Notes: a model not told the origin generated them from the letters alone. Positions 30,209 through 40,700 are shown, numbered from the stretch's first letter. The stretch is DNA of 64,000 nt from Bacteroidales bacterium (GCA_027858835.1 JAQIBY010000139.1:611-64610); one strand, 5' to 3'. Numbers and translations are program-made.

Positions 30209-31756
30209 ATGAAACATTTTATGCTAATATCACTCGGAATTATTATCCTCGCCTCAGGATGCACTACCAGTGTATATCTTGGTGAAGGATATGGTTATGA
30301 TGATGTGTATTATTCTCCTGGAAAGGAAATAGTTGCAGAATCAAATAATAACAATCAAAATATGAACTCGGGAACTATCAATTCATCCCAATATGAAGAT
30401 CCTGCTGGGACAAATCAGTATGCTGATGATACCTATGCTGATGATACCTATTATGATGATGGGTATTATGAGGAAGATGGATATTATGAAGAAGATGGAT
30501 ATTATGAAGACGGTGAGTATTATTCCGAAGATTCCGCTTATTATGAAGACGGGAATTATGTTGAAAATAATTACTATTATGGTGACCAATATTCTTACTC
30601 TGATAGGTTAAGGCGATTTCACGGGGCATATTATTATGATCCATTTTATTATGATTCCTACTATTTCGGTTTTAATTGGAGTTGGAGTAATCCTTGGTAC
30701 ACTCCCTGGTATGGTATAGGTTATCATCCACATTATTCATGGCATAATCCGTATTATAATCCCTATTATTATGGTTACAGTCCTTATTGGAATGGATACT
30801 TGACCGGTTATTATGCCGGTGGTGGTGGTTCCAATGACTATTGGGGTGATTCAGATGATGATAATGATAATTATTTTGGACATCGTGGCTCTGTTGGTGG
30901 TGATGGAAGTGGCGCGAGTGGAAATCGCCAGCCGGGAGACACTCGTACCGGTTCGAAAACTGACAATGTCAGTGCAGTGAATGCTAGCCGTGAAAGTGCA
31001 AACTCAGAAGCCATTTCCGGTAGAGGCGCTGGAACTTCTACTAGTCAATTAGACAGAAAAGAAGATGGTGCTAAGCCGGATGTAAACAAAAAACCGACTG
31101 AAGGCAGAGTATCTGGTTCAGAGCGAATTCCCGCAAACATTCGTGAAGCGAATAGTAACAGTGGTCGTGTTGCAGCTGAGAAAAAACCACAGGTTGATCC
31201 GAGAACACGTGCTCCTAAGGGAAATTCAGTGAAGCCAGCTGGATCCTCGAAATCAAATGCACGAGCCCCTCGTTATTACCAAAGACCTCAAAATAATTCG
31301 GGAACTCGCTATAATAATAGCAGAACCTACACTCGTTCAAGTGGTAACTCACCTTCAAACGTGAGATCAAATTCAAACTCACGTAGCTCAGGTTCTGTAA
31401 GAAATAATTCACGTTCAAGAGGTTCATCTTATAGACCTTCAACACGCACAAATAGTAGCTCAAGCCACTCAAGACCATCTTCATCACGAAGTAATTCAAA
31501 TTACCGCAGACCATCGAGCAGTTCTTCGAACCGTTCCGGTAGTAGCTACAGAGGTTCTTCTTCAAGTCGTTCATCAGGAAGTAGTTACAGAAAAAGCGGA
31601 TCGTCATCATCCAGCCGTTCGTCCGGTAGTAGCTTTAGTGGTGGTTCATCAAGAAGCTCAGGCAGCTCAAGTTCAGGTTCAAGTTCAGGTTCAAGTTCTG
31701 GTTCAAGTTCAGGAAGAAGCTCAGGAAGCAGTAGTAGTAAAGGTGGCAGAAGATAA
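30209..31756 (+). CDS. Lipoprotein with Tyr/Asp-rich region and Ser/Arg/Gly-rich low-complexity tail
   Basis: MKHFMLISLGIIILASGC lipobox, then YDDVYYSP, YSDRLRRFH, a Tyr/Trp-rich block and an SSSR/SSGS tail ending GGRR. Confidence 0.85.
   Translation: MKHFMLISLGIIILASGCTTSVYLGEGYGYDDVYYSPGKEIVAESNNNNQNMNSGTINSSQYEDPAGTNQYADDTYADDTYYDDGYYEEDGYYEEDGYYEDGEYYSEDSAYYEDGNYVENNYYYGDQYSYSDRLRRFHGAYYYDPFYYDSYYFGFNWSWSNPWYTPWYGIGYHPHYSWHNPYYNPYYYGYSPYWNGYLTGYYAGGGGSNDYWGDSDDDNDNYFGHRGSVGGDGSGASGNRQPGDTRTGSKTDNVSAVNASRESANSEAISGRGAGTSTSQLDRKEDGAKPDVNKKPTEGRVSGSERIPANIREANSNSGRVAAEKKPQVDPRTRAPKGNSVKPAGSSKSNARAPRYYQRPQNNSGTRYNNSRTYTRSSGNSPSNVRSNSNSRSSGSVRNNSRSRGSSYRPSTRTNSSSSHSRPSSSRSNSNYRRPSSSSSNRSGSSYRGSSSSRSSGSSYRKSGSSSSSRSSGSSFSGGSSRSSGSSSSGSSSGSSSGSSSGRSSGSSSSKGGRR
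30420..30530 (+). repeat. Coding tandem repeats (15-bp YADDT x2; 18-bp DGYYEE x about 3)
   Basis: TATGCTGATGATACC twice; GATGG(G/A)TATTATGA(G/A)GA about three times. Confidence 0.8.
31657..31728 (+). repeat. Coding 12-bp tandem repeat (SSSG)n
   Basis: TCAAGTTCAGGT-like units repeated about four times with degenerate flanks. Confidence 0.75.
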
Positions 31757-31786
31757 TATTTGTTTAACTAAAGAAAGTTTAAGACA

Positions 31787-33232
31787 ATGAAAAGATACAG
31801 CCTTATAATAGCAATTTTTGCGTTCAGCCTAACAGCATTTGGACAAAATCAGGTGGATGCATTGCGTTACTCCGCATTGGATGGAACAGGAACAGCAAGG
31901 TTTACCTCCATGGCAGGTGCGTTTAGTAGTTTGGGCGGCGATTTTTCTGCCATTAGCCTAAATCCTGCCGGGCTTGGAGTATATCGCAGCTCTGAATTTA
32001 CCTTTACACCTTCTATTTCTTATACGAGAAGTCAGTCTGATTTCTTAAGCAATAGCGAAACTGACTTTACTTATAATGTAAACATGGGTAATATTGGATA
32101 TGTCGGAACCATATTAATTGATGATGATGAATATGCCCTCAAAAGTATGAGTTTTGGATTCGGTTATAATAATCTTAATAATTTTGATGAAGTTATTGAA
32201 ATTGAAGGTGAAAATACGATTAATTCAATGACGGATCATTTTGCCTCCAGAGCGAGCGGTAGCGATTATTCCTCATTTGATAATTTTTATTTGTCACCCG
32301 CATGGGAAACTTACCTGTTTGATCCCATTGTTCCTGATACAAATGTTTATATGAGTGCTTACGATGCAAGAGGTCAGTCACAACGTATGGATATTAACCG
32401 CAAAGGACATATGGGAGAATATGTTTTCTCTATGGGATTGAATTTTAATCATGAGTTGTATATTGGTGCAAGTTTTGGAATTCAAAATGTAAGTTTTTCT
32501 CAAAATATCTTTTATAAAGAGGAAGATCCTGATAATTTAATTACTGATTTTAACTCCTTTAATTATACCGATCGCTTGGAAGCTGACGGTACCGGTTACA
32601 ATTTTAAAATTGGTGCAATTTATCGCCCGATTGATTGGATGAGAGTTTCTGCAGCATTGCATACTCCTACATTTTATAATATGTACGAAGAGTACAGTAC
32701 CAATTTTAGCTCCACTTTTGTTGACACATCATATAGTTATGCATCTCCATCAGGATATTTTAGTTACAGTTTGATTTCTCCACTTCGTGTAGTTACAGGA
32801 ATGTCTTTTATTGTGATGGATCAGGCAATTGTTAGTCTTGATTATGAATTTCTGGATTATTCAATCAGCAAATTGCGTTCAGACGATTATTCTTTTAATG
32901 CGGAAAATGATGCTATACAGGATGCATTTAAAGCATCACATGCGTTTAAAGTGGGAGCAGAGTACAAGCTTGGTTTAATTGCATTGCGCGGTGGATATTC
33001 TTATATTACAAATCCTTATGCAACTGGACAGCTGAATTCAGGCAATGATTTAATGAAATTTTCCGGTGGATTTGGTTTCAGAACGCAAAGTTTCTTTTTT
33101 GATATGGCTTATGTGTATCAAAACAAATCAAACAAATATTTAATGTATGAAGGATACGAGTTGGATGCACCCGAAGCAAATATTGATCGGTTAAGACATT
33201 CCGTGTTGGCAACCATTGGCTTTAGGTTTTAA
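31787..33232 (+). CDS. OmpP1/FadL/TodX-family outer membrane beta-barrel
   Basis: Signal peptide, GTARFTSMAGAFSSLGGDFSAISLNPAGLGVY hatch motif, C-terminal IGFRF. Confidence 0.9.
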   Translation: MKRYSLIIAIFAFSLTAFGQNQVDALRYSALDGTGTARFTSMAGAFSSLGGDFSAISLNPAGLGVYRSSEFTFTPSISYTRSQSDFLSNSETDFTYNVNMGNIGYVGTILIDDDEYALKSMSFGFGYNNLNNFDEVIEIEGENTINSMTDHFASRASGSDYSSFDNFYLSPAWETYLFDPIVPDTNVYMSAYDARGQSQRMDINRKGHMGEYVFSMGLNFNHELYIGASFGIQNVSFSQNIFYKEEDPDNLITDFNSFNYTDRLEADGTGYNFKIGAIYRPIDWMRVSAALHTPTFYNMYEEYSTNFSSTFVDTSYSYASPSGYFSYSLISPLRVVTGMSFIVMDQAIVSLDYEFLDYSISKLRSDDYSFNAENDAIQDAFKASHAFKVGAEYKLGLIALRGGYSYITNPYATGQLNSGNDLMKFSGGFGFRTQSFFFDMAYVYQNKSNKYLMYEGYELDAPEANIDRLRHSVLATIGFRF

Positions 33233-33260
33233 TTGAAATAATTGACAACACTGTCTGTCA

Positions 33261-33292
33261 GAGAGTCCGAAGTAATTCGGGCTCTTTTTTTT
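33261..33292 (+). terminator. Intrinsic terminator of the lipoprotein-FadL operon
   Basis: GAGAGTCCGAA-GTAA-TTCGGGCTCTT followed by a T tract. Confidence 0.85.
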
Positions 33293-33295
33293 AAT

Positions 33296-33370
33296 GAAAA
33301 ATGGGAGCCGAATTCCGACTCCCATGTCAATAAAGTTAACATACATCGCACCAATTAACTTCACAGGTTT
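33296..33370 (-). ncRNA. Candidate small RNA (about 75 nt) with its own terminator
   Basis: Minus-strand hairpin ATGGGAGTCG-GAATT-CGGCTCCCAT plus TTTT with no minus-strand gene upstream; ECF-like promoter immediately 5'. Confidence 0.45.
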
Positions 33371-33374
33371 TTAA

Positions 33375-33453
33375 TAAGACGAAGAAGTGTTGCAAAACGT
33401 TGTCTCAAAATTTATTTTTTTTAGTTAAGACGAAGAAATTGTGAAGTTTTGTC
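33375..33453 (-). promoter_or_regulatory. Tandem ECF-sigma-like promoter motifs
   Basis: Minus strand GACAAC-17 nt-CGTCTTA and GACAAA-15 nt-CGTCTTA; 12-bp direct repeat TAAGACGAAGAA at 33375-33386 and 33426-33437. Confidence 0.5.
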
Positions 33454-33624
33454 TGTTGTTTGGATTTAGTCATGTGGTGCAAATTGGATGAGAAATCGGT
33501 AATGCTTGATGCTTGCTTGAAATCTGTATGTCAGGATATTCTGATCTTTTAAAAATATCTCAGCGCATTGATTTTTCTTCTCGTTTATAAATTGTACCTT
33601 TGCAGCTTCAAAAATGTGATGATT

Positions 33625-34887
33625 ATGACTTCAAATGCGCTTCAAGTTAGACTGAATTCTGAAATTGGAAAATTAAATGGTGTAATATTACATACGCCCG
33701 GTGCTGAGGTGCAAAACATGACACCTGAAAATGCAGAACGAGCACTGTACAGCGATATTCTTAATTTAAACGTGGCTCAGCAGGAATACCAACAGCTTTC
33801 CGGTTTTCTTGAAAAAGTTACTAATACATACCAGATAAAGGATTTGTTACACGATATTTTGCAAAATAGCAGGATTCGTGAAAATTTAATTGATCGGATT
33901 TGTGAAAATGAATCTGTGAGTTTGCAGCGTCATTTACTTGATAATATGAATGACGAAGAGCTTGCGCGGCAAATGGTTGAAGGTGTTAAGATGGTTAAAG
34001 ATACTTTAACCTCTTATTTAAAAAAAGATAGATACACATTGCGACCATTACATAATTTCTTTTTTACACGTGATGCTTCAATGGCAATTAATGAAAAAGT
34101 TTTAATTGGACGTATGGCCAATAAAGTTCGTGAGCGTGAATCTATAATTATGCAAGCAATTTTTGATTTTCATCCCAATTTCGCTACTCAAACCGTAAAT
34201 CCGGTTGAAGATGAGTTGTTTAATGATAAAATTACCATTGAGGGAGGTGATGTTTTGGTTGCAAGAGAAGATGTACTTGTCATTGGAAACGGTTCCCGTA
34301 CGACATCTCAGGGAATCGATTTTATATTGAAACGTCTGCGTCAACGGAAAGAATCCATGCATATTATTGTTCAGGAGTTGCCGCATACACCGGAATCGTT
34401 TATCCATTTAGATATGGTGTTTACTTTTTTGGATATGGATAAATGTATGGTGTATGAGCCGGTTATTTTAAAACCCAGCCGATATCAGGTAATTCATATT
34501 GCGGTTACCAATGGAGTGGTGAAAATATCTGAAGAAGAGAACATTCTAAAAGCACTGCAAAAGCTCGGCATTGATCTTGAGCCGACAATGTGTGGAGGTG
34601 TTTCAGATCCGTGGGTTCAGCAGCGCGAACAATGGCACAGCGGCGCGAATTTCTTTGCATTTGCTCCAGGAAAAATTGTTGGTTATGGTCGAAATGAATA
34701 TACAATTCAAGAGCTTAACAAACATGGCTTTGAAGTCATAACAGCTGATGATGTAATTAAAGGGAAAAAACATCCGGATGATTATAAACGTTGTGTTGTT
34801 ACATTGGAAGGTTCTGAGCTGCCAAGAGGCGGAGGTGGTGCTCGCTGTATGACAATGCCGTTTAATCGTGACGATATCGCTTGGTAA
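33625..34887 (+). CDS. arcA: Arginine deiminase
   Basis: SEIGKL, NFFFTRD, IEGGDV, FIHLDMVFT, SELPRGGGGARCMTMP (catalytic Cys). TACCTTTG -7 box near 33595 supports the start at 33625. Confidence 0.93.
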   Translation: MTSNALQVRLNSEIGKLNGVILHTPGAEVQNMTPENAERALYSDILNLNVAQQEYQQLSGFLEKVTNTYQIKDLLHDILQNSRIRENLIDRICENESVSLQRHLLDNMNDEELARQMVEGVKMVKDTLTSYLKKDRYTLRPLHNFFFTRDASMAINEKVLIGRMANKVRERESIIMQAIFDFHPNFATQTVNPVEDELFNDKITIEGGDVLVAREDVLVIGNGSRTTSQGIDFILKRLRQRKESMHIIVQELPHTPESFIHLDMVFTFLDMDKCMVYEPVILKPSRYQVIHIAVTNGVVKISEEENILKALQKLGIDLEPTMCGGVSDPWVQQREQWHSGANFFAFAPGKIVGYGRNEYTIQELNKHGFEVITADDVIKGKKHPDDYKRCVVTLEGSELPRGGGGARCMTMPFNRDDIAW

Positions 34888-34914
34888 CATTGTTCTTCTT
34901 TCAGAATAAATTCC

Positions 34915-35514
34915 TTATTCTTCGTTTTCTATTTCCTTTTCGGTTTTTAGCAGCTCGGTTTTTATCCGTTCTGAATCCTCATCAATTGATGTTCTTATGT
35001 CCGATAAGGCTTCTGTAATGCTTTCGTACAGCACTTTGTCATATGCTGATGTCCAATTGAAACCATAATATAATCCAATGCTTGCTTTTCCCGTTCCTCG
35101 GGCAGTGTACTTCCCAATCAGTCTGCCTTTTAAGTCGATAATTCGAATTTCAATTTCAATTGTGCGATTAATTCTGTGCATTGGCAAACCAACTAAATTT
35201 AATGTGTATAGTGATAAACCGGATAAAATAATATATCCCATTCCTGATTTATTTTCAACGACGCGGCTGCTGTAAAATGCTGATCCGAATTTATCCCCGT
35301 AAGGATTCATGATGTTTTCTTCCATTTCTTGTCGAAATAATCGAAATTCCGTTTCGCTGAGGATTTCAGTGTAATATTCGGTGCCGGCATATAATTGCAA
35401 ATTTGGAATTTGCGGATTAATCGGGGCTTTTTCTTGCTCTAAACTTATCGGGCTCCAGCTACGACATCCAACAATTAATACTGAAACAAAAAATAGCAAT
35501 GCAAGTTTTTTCAT
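34915..35514 (-). CDS. Hypothetical lipoprotein
   Basis: MKKLALLFFVSVLIVGC lipobox; internal hydrophobic segment. Confidence 0.75.
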   Translation of the reverse strand: MKKLALLFFVSVLIVGCRSWSPISLEQEKAPINPQIPNLQLYAGTEYYTEILSETEFRLFRQEMEENIMNPYGDKFGSAFYSSRVVENKSGMGYIILSGLSLYTLNLVGLPMHRINRTIEIEIRIIDLKGRLIGKYTARGTGKASIGLYYGFNWTSAYDKVLYESITEALSDIRTSIDEDSERIKTELLKTEKEIENEE

Positions 35515-35660
35515 TCGAATTCTTATTGTGATTTTGTTGTATGCAGCAAAAATCATGCTAAATCGTGTTTGTCACGAATATCTGAAATGTATCTTGTTGT
35601 TCAAATATTACAAGCTCGATTCCATCACGCAAGCCTAATGACAACTTGCTGCAATCAAAA

Positions 35661-35719
35661 AACAGAGTGAGTTTTGTACTGAGTGTTTTTTCACACTCTA
35701 TACTCACTCTCACTCTGTT
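35661..35719. repeat. Inverted repeat downstream of the tRNA (terminator-like or short repeat element)
   Basis: AACAGAGTGAG...CTCACTCTGTT arms with internal ACTC/GAGT units. Confidence 0.5.
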
Positions 35720-35723
35720 ATTG

Positions 35724-35796
35724 TGATCCCGGGAGGACTCGAACCCCCATCATAAGAACCGGAATCTTACATTCTATCCAGTTGAACTACGGGACC
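35724..35796 (-). tRNA. tRNA-Arg (CCG)
   Basis: Reverse complement GGTCCCGTAGTTCAACTGGATAGAATGTAAGATTCCGGTTCTTATGATGGGGGTTCGAGTCCTCCCGGGATCA folds as a cloverleaf with anticodon loop TTCCGGT; CCA not encoded. Confidence 0.97.
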
Positions 35797-35871
35797 GATA
35801 TTAATTGCAAAAATACAATTTTTATTTGTAAACGAAATTAATTATCTTTAAAGGTTGAAAATTATTCGAAT

Positions 35872-37269
35872 ATGTCTCGAATTGTAAGGGTGCTAATATT
35901 AATTGCTGTGCTTTCTGCTTTTTTTAAGCCTTTGAATGCACAAGTGTCAGATGCAGGATATGATTTGCTGATCGCTGCGGATACAGGAAGTATTAAGCAG
36001 GTTCGTGTTGCTTTGTTGGAAGGAGCCCATGTGAATTTTCGCTCAGATGAGGGCATTTCTGCGCTTATGTATGCTTCTGCTTCAGGCCATTTGGATATTG
36101 TACAATTATTGATTGATGAAAGGGCTGATGTGAATACAAAACCCTATCATTCAATTCAAACCGCTTTATATTCAGCTGTGGTGAATGGGCATGTTGAAAT
36201 TGCCGAATTACTCATATTGAATGGAGCAAAAATGAATATTACCAATTCATTTAAAAATAATTTACTGCATCTTGCTGCACAAAACTATGTTTGGGAAATG
36301 CTTGACCTACTGCTCTATTATGATATGAAGGTGGATGCAATAGATGAGGATAACCGAACAGCCTTACATCATGCCGCCTTTTTCGGAATGGAGGGAAACA
36401 TTAGTGTCTTACTTGATAATGGCGCAAATATCAGTCATTTAGATGAAGACGGAAATTCCGCCCTGCATATTGCTGCTATTAACGGGTTTGTTGAAGCAGT
36501 GAAAGTTTTGGTTGAAGAAGAAAGCTTCATTGAATTAAAAAATGAAGCCGGTTTTACGCCACTCGATCTTTCTTCAATGAAAGGACATGAGGGAGTCGCA
36601 AAATATTTATTGGATAATGGCGCTCAAATTAATGATAGCATTCAAAAATCATTTAACACCTTAACGCTCGCACGTAAGAGCGGAAATAAGGCAGTGGTTA
36701 AGTTACTCAAGTCACATGGTGCACATCCGAATATGCATCCCTATTTTAACAGCATGAGTTTGGGGGTGGGTTATTCAACCAATTTTGATGATTCGTTTAT
36801 AACTGTTTCCGCAAGTATCCATGAAGATAAAACCAATATAGATTTTGAATTACGATTTGCGTCTCGAGTTAATGAGTATCAGGTCATGTTTATAAACGAT
36901 CCCAATCAATATGTTTTATATTATGAAGATCGATACATGTTGGGTGTCGGCATATTAAAGAATTTCGATTATTACAAACCCTTGTCCGGAGGTCGATACG
37001 GAGTGGTTCTAGGGGTACATCATTATTTTTCGAAATCAACGATTATTGGAGAGAGAATACAACCGGTTCCTGATTTTTTTCCGGGGTTTACAGGCGGATT
37101 ATCCGTAAAATATGATATGTTCAAGTTTGGATTGAATTATGAATACTTGCCTGTACCAATCGAAATTTACAATCCTCCGGTTGAAGTTTACAGTCCGCAT
37201 CGTATGACAATTAATTTTAAAATATATCTCAATTTTAATAATGATTTATATTCTAATGTGCTAATATGA
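35872..37269 (+). CDS. Exported ankyrin-repeat protein with a C-terminal beta-strand-rich domain
   Basis: Signal peptide; about 8 ankyrin repeats (GISALMYA, TALYSA, TALHHAA, GNSALHIAA, GFTPLDLS); C-terminal alternating aromatic/Gly strands. Confidence 0.88.
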   Translation: MSRIVRVLILIAVLSAFFKPLNAQVSDAGYDLLIAADTGSIKQVRVALLEGAHVNFRSDEGISALMYASASGHLDIVQLLIDERADVNTKPYHSIQTALYSAVVNGHVEIAELLILNGAKMNITNSFKNNLLHLAAQNYVWEMLDLLLYYDMKVDAIDEDNRTALHHAAFFGMEGNISVLLDNGANISHLDEDGNSALHIAAINGFVEAVKVLVEEESFIELKNEAGFTPLDLSSMKGHEGVAKYLLDNGAQINDSIQKSFNTLTLARKSGNKAVVKLLKSHGAHPNMHPYFNSMSLGVGYSTNFDDSFITVSASIHEDKTNIDFELRFASRVNEYQVMFINDPNQYVLYYEDRYMLGVGILKNFDYYKPLSGGRYGVVLGVHHYFSKSTIIGERIQPVPDFFPGFTGGLSVKYDMFKFGLNYEYLPVPIEIYNPPVEVYSPHRMTINFKIYLNFNNDLYSNVLI

Positions 37270-37703
37270 AAGCAGATATTATTAAAATAGTGTCTTTGTT
37301 GTTCATAAGTACATTGTTGTTTCTCGTACTTACTCGCTGCGAAACAGAACCAATCGATTACGAAAATATTGATTGTAATGATTGTTATGAAGAGAAGCCA
37401 GCCTATTCATATTTAAAAATAACATTCTCGGAAGATATTTGTGATTCTGTTGGTATTACTGTGTACCGTGGTTATGTCAATGAGTCTATGATTGAGTGGC
37501 AGGGATGGGCAACTAATTCCCCACTTTATCTAGATTATACACCGGTAAATAATTTTTATTCTGTCAAAGCAACCTATTTGATAGATACTGCATCTATAGG
37601 CGTAGTGGATGCTGAAAAGCTTGAAACACATTTGATTAAGGGGGTTTGTGAAAATAATTGCTACATTATTACCGGAGGGGTGTATGATGTAGAATTAAAA
37701 TAA
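37266..37703 (+). CDS. Small Cys-containing probable lipoprotein
   Basis: Hydrophobic signal ending LTRC; CNDC and CENNC Cys pairs; ATGA coupling with the ankyrin gene. Confidence 0.7.
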   Translation: MKADIIKIVSLLFISTLLFLVLTRCETEPIDYENIDCNDCYEEKPAYSYLKITFSEDICDSVGITVYRGYVNESMIEWQGWATNSPLYLDYTPVNNFYSVKATYLIDTASIGVVDAEKLETHLIKGVCENNCYIITGGVYDVELK

Positions 37704-37766
37704 AATGCTATTTTTAGCATATTGATATTAGGAGATAGTGAATATTTAACCATTAAATAATTGTAT

Positions 37767-40700
37767 ATGAGACGATTAATTAGCCTTTTTGTTGCAATGT
37801 TTTTTATTGCAGCAGCTTTTGGACAAACCGGAATCAAGCTTAGTGATTCAAAAACTGAAATTAAGCTTCGATCAGCAACTCAAACTGGAGTGCAATTGGA
37901 AACTAAATTGCAGGATTTGAAGTTTGAAACGATGCTTACCGATGTCGGAGAATTTGAGGGATTATATGCGGGGAGTCTCCAAAAAGATCACGGGATTAGC
38001 CCGGGTGCCCCTGACTTGCCAGTATATGCAGGCTTGTTAGAAGTGCCTTATGGTGCAGAAATCGTCGCAACGGTTATCGATTATGATGAAACAATCTATA
38101 ATCTTAATGAATTGGGATTGCAGAAAATTGCTCCTTCTCAACCGTCACTTTCAAAAAGCACTGATCCTGAGTCGGTTCAGTTTGAATACGATGCCGCTTT
38201 GTATGGTACTGATAGCTGGATAGAACCCGAAATTGTTAGCACAAGTTATCAAGGAGTAATGCGTGGTGTACCCATTGGACAAGTCGTGGTTCGTCCTTTC
38301 CGTTACAATCCAGCGACCAACGAGTTGTCTGTATTGTCAAATATCAAACTTGATATTTCCTTTGAAGGTGCAGACCTCGGATTAACTCTGGACCAAAAAA
38401 ATAAATATTATTCCCCGCAGTTTAGCTCGGTTTATAATATGTTATTGAATTATCAACCGCCTGCAAATAAAGATAGCTTTACATCTTACCCCATTAAATA
38501 TGTTATTGTAGCTGATCGTGCATTTGAAGTGACATTGCAACCATTTATTCAATGGAAAACCAAATCAGGTTACAATGTAATTGAAGCTTATACTGATGAT
38601 CCTGCAGTAGGTTCAACGACAACAAGTATTCAATCCTATTTACAAGGGTTATATGATGATGGTACCGCTTCTGATCCTGCCCCGAGTTATGTGCTGATAG
38701 TGGGTGATCATGACGGAGATTACAATGTTCCTGCCCATAGCGGAGAAACCGGATCTCATGTCACAGATTTGTATTACGGCTGTTATGATGGCGGGAGTGA
38801 CAATATTCCCGATTTATTTCTCGGGCGTATGTCTGCAAATACAACAACTGAATTACAAAATATTTTGGATAAAATTATTCCTTACGAAATGTACACAATC
38901 CCTGATGGAACCTATTTAGACCGTTGTATGCTGATTGCCGGTGTTGACGCAACATTTGCTCCAAAGCACGGTGATGGTACACTTAGTTATGGGATACGCG
39001 AATATTTTAATGAAGCACATGGTTTCTCGGATATCTATGCCTACTATTATGCTTATACCTCCGGTGATTATCATGTGATGAGTTCAAATGATGCAGGGGC
39101 TTCCGCTGATATTATAAGCAAGATTTCTGACGGTGTGGGTTTTGCCAATTATACAGCACATTGTATGCAATATGGTTGGGCTGATCCGGCCGTTGTGAAT
39201 GATGATATCGCAGGATTGAATAATGTGGATGAATATGCTTTTATGATTGCTAACTGTTGTTTGTCATTTAAGTTTGATTATAGCGATTATGATGCCTTTG
39301 GCGAGCAAATCCTTTATGCGCAAGATAAAGGGGCTGTTAATTATATCGGAACATCCAATAATTCGCTTTGGGATGAAGATGTTTATTGGGGGATCGGGCT
39401 TACCAGCCTAGGTATTACACAAGCTAATGTGCCGAATCATAATTACAGCAATACCGGTCAAGGCGCCTACGATGGTGTCATGCATGAGCACGGTGAATCA
39501 TTTGACGAATGGTTTTTTACCGGAGGACAAATGGTTTTTGCTGCCAATACACAGGTTCAGGCGAGTACCTCAGGCAGCAAACAGTATTATTGGGAAATTT
39601 ATCATAACTCAGGGGATCCTTCCTTGATGCCATTTTTGACACAACCTGAGGCAATGACAGTTTCTTACACTACGCCAATGATAGGAAATACGAGTTTGAA
39701 TGTAAGCTGTGAACCTTATACATATGTTGCAATTTCTCAAGATGGTGTACTTCTCGATGCAAAATGGAGTGGCGCAAACTCTAGCGTTACATTAAGCTTC
39801 CCTGCCTTAACTGCAGACGGGGCTTCTGTTGTTGCTACGAAACAAGACCGGGTTCCGCAGGTGGATGATTTTACACCAATTGCTGCTGACCCACCGGTTG
39901 CAGACTTTAGTGGAACACCATTAACAATCTTCGAAGGCGAATCTGTAACATTTACTGATTTGTCAAGTTCTCCAGCTGAGTGGAGTTGGACATTTGGTGA
40001 TGGAGGTACTTCCACCCAAATAAATCCGGTTTATACATATAATACTGCCGGAACTTATACTGTGAGTTTAACCGTAACAAATCCACTGGATTCTGATATA
40101 GAAACTAAAGTGGATTACATTACTGTTAATCCAAATACTAATCCCCCAACATCTGATTTTGTCGCTGATCAAACGACAGTTACAATGGGAACGACTGTTA
40201 ACTTTACTGACTTGTCGGCTAATTTGCCAACATCATGGGAGTGGACATTTGATGGAGGAGATATTGCAAGTTCAACAGATCAAAACCCATCGGTTGTGTA
40301 TGATACCCCCGGGACTTACACTGTTGAGCTAACTGCTAGTAATACATACGGACAAGGTACAACAGAAACCAAAGTGGATTATATTACGGTAACTTTGCCG
40401 GATTATTGCGATGCAGGTTCTGGTGATGCCGGCTTTGAAAATATTTCAAATGTGGAGCTGGGTACAATAAATAATGGCAGTACTGCAAGTACATATACTG
40501 ATTTTACTGCGATATCAACGGATGCTTTTGCTGGAGATGATTTGACGCTGACTGTTACAGTTGGTGGTGGTTATGCTACCGACTTCCTAATGGTTTGGGC
40601 AGATTGGAATCGCGATGGAGATTTTGCTGATGCAAATGAAGACATTTGGACATCTGCTCAAGGAACAGGACCCTATTCAACAACTATTACTGTTCCGGGT

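Noticed and set aside
30378-31610. Alternative-frame ORFs with His/Ile/Met repeats
   Set aside because: Shadows of the tandem repeats in the lipoprotein gene.
34915-35796. Island integrated at tRNA-Arg
   Set aside because: No integrase and no duplicated tRNA 3' end seen in the window.
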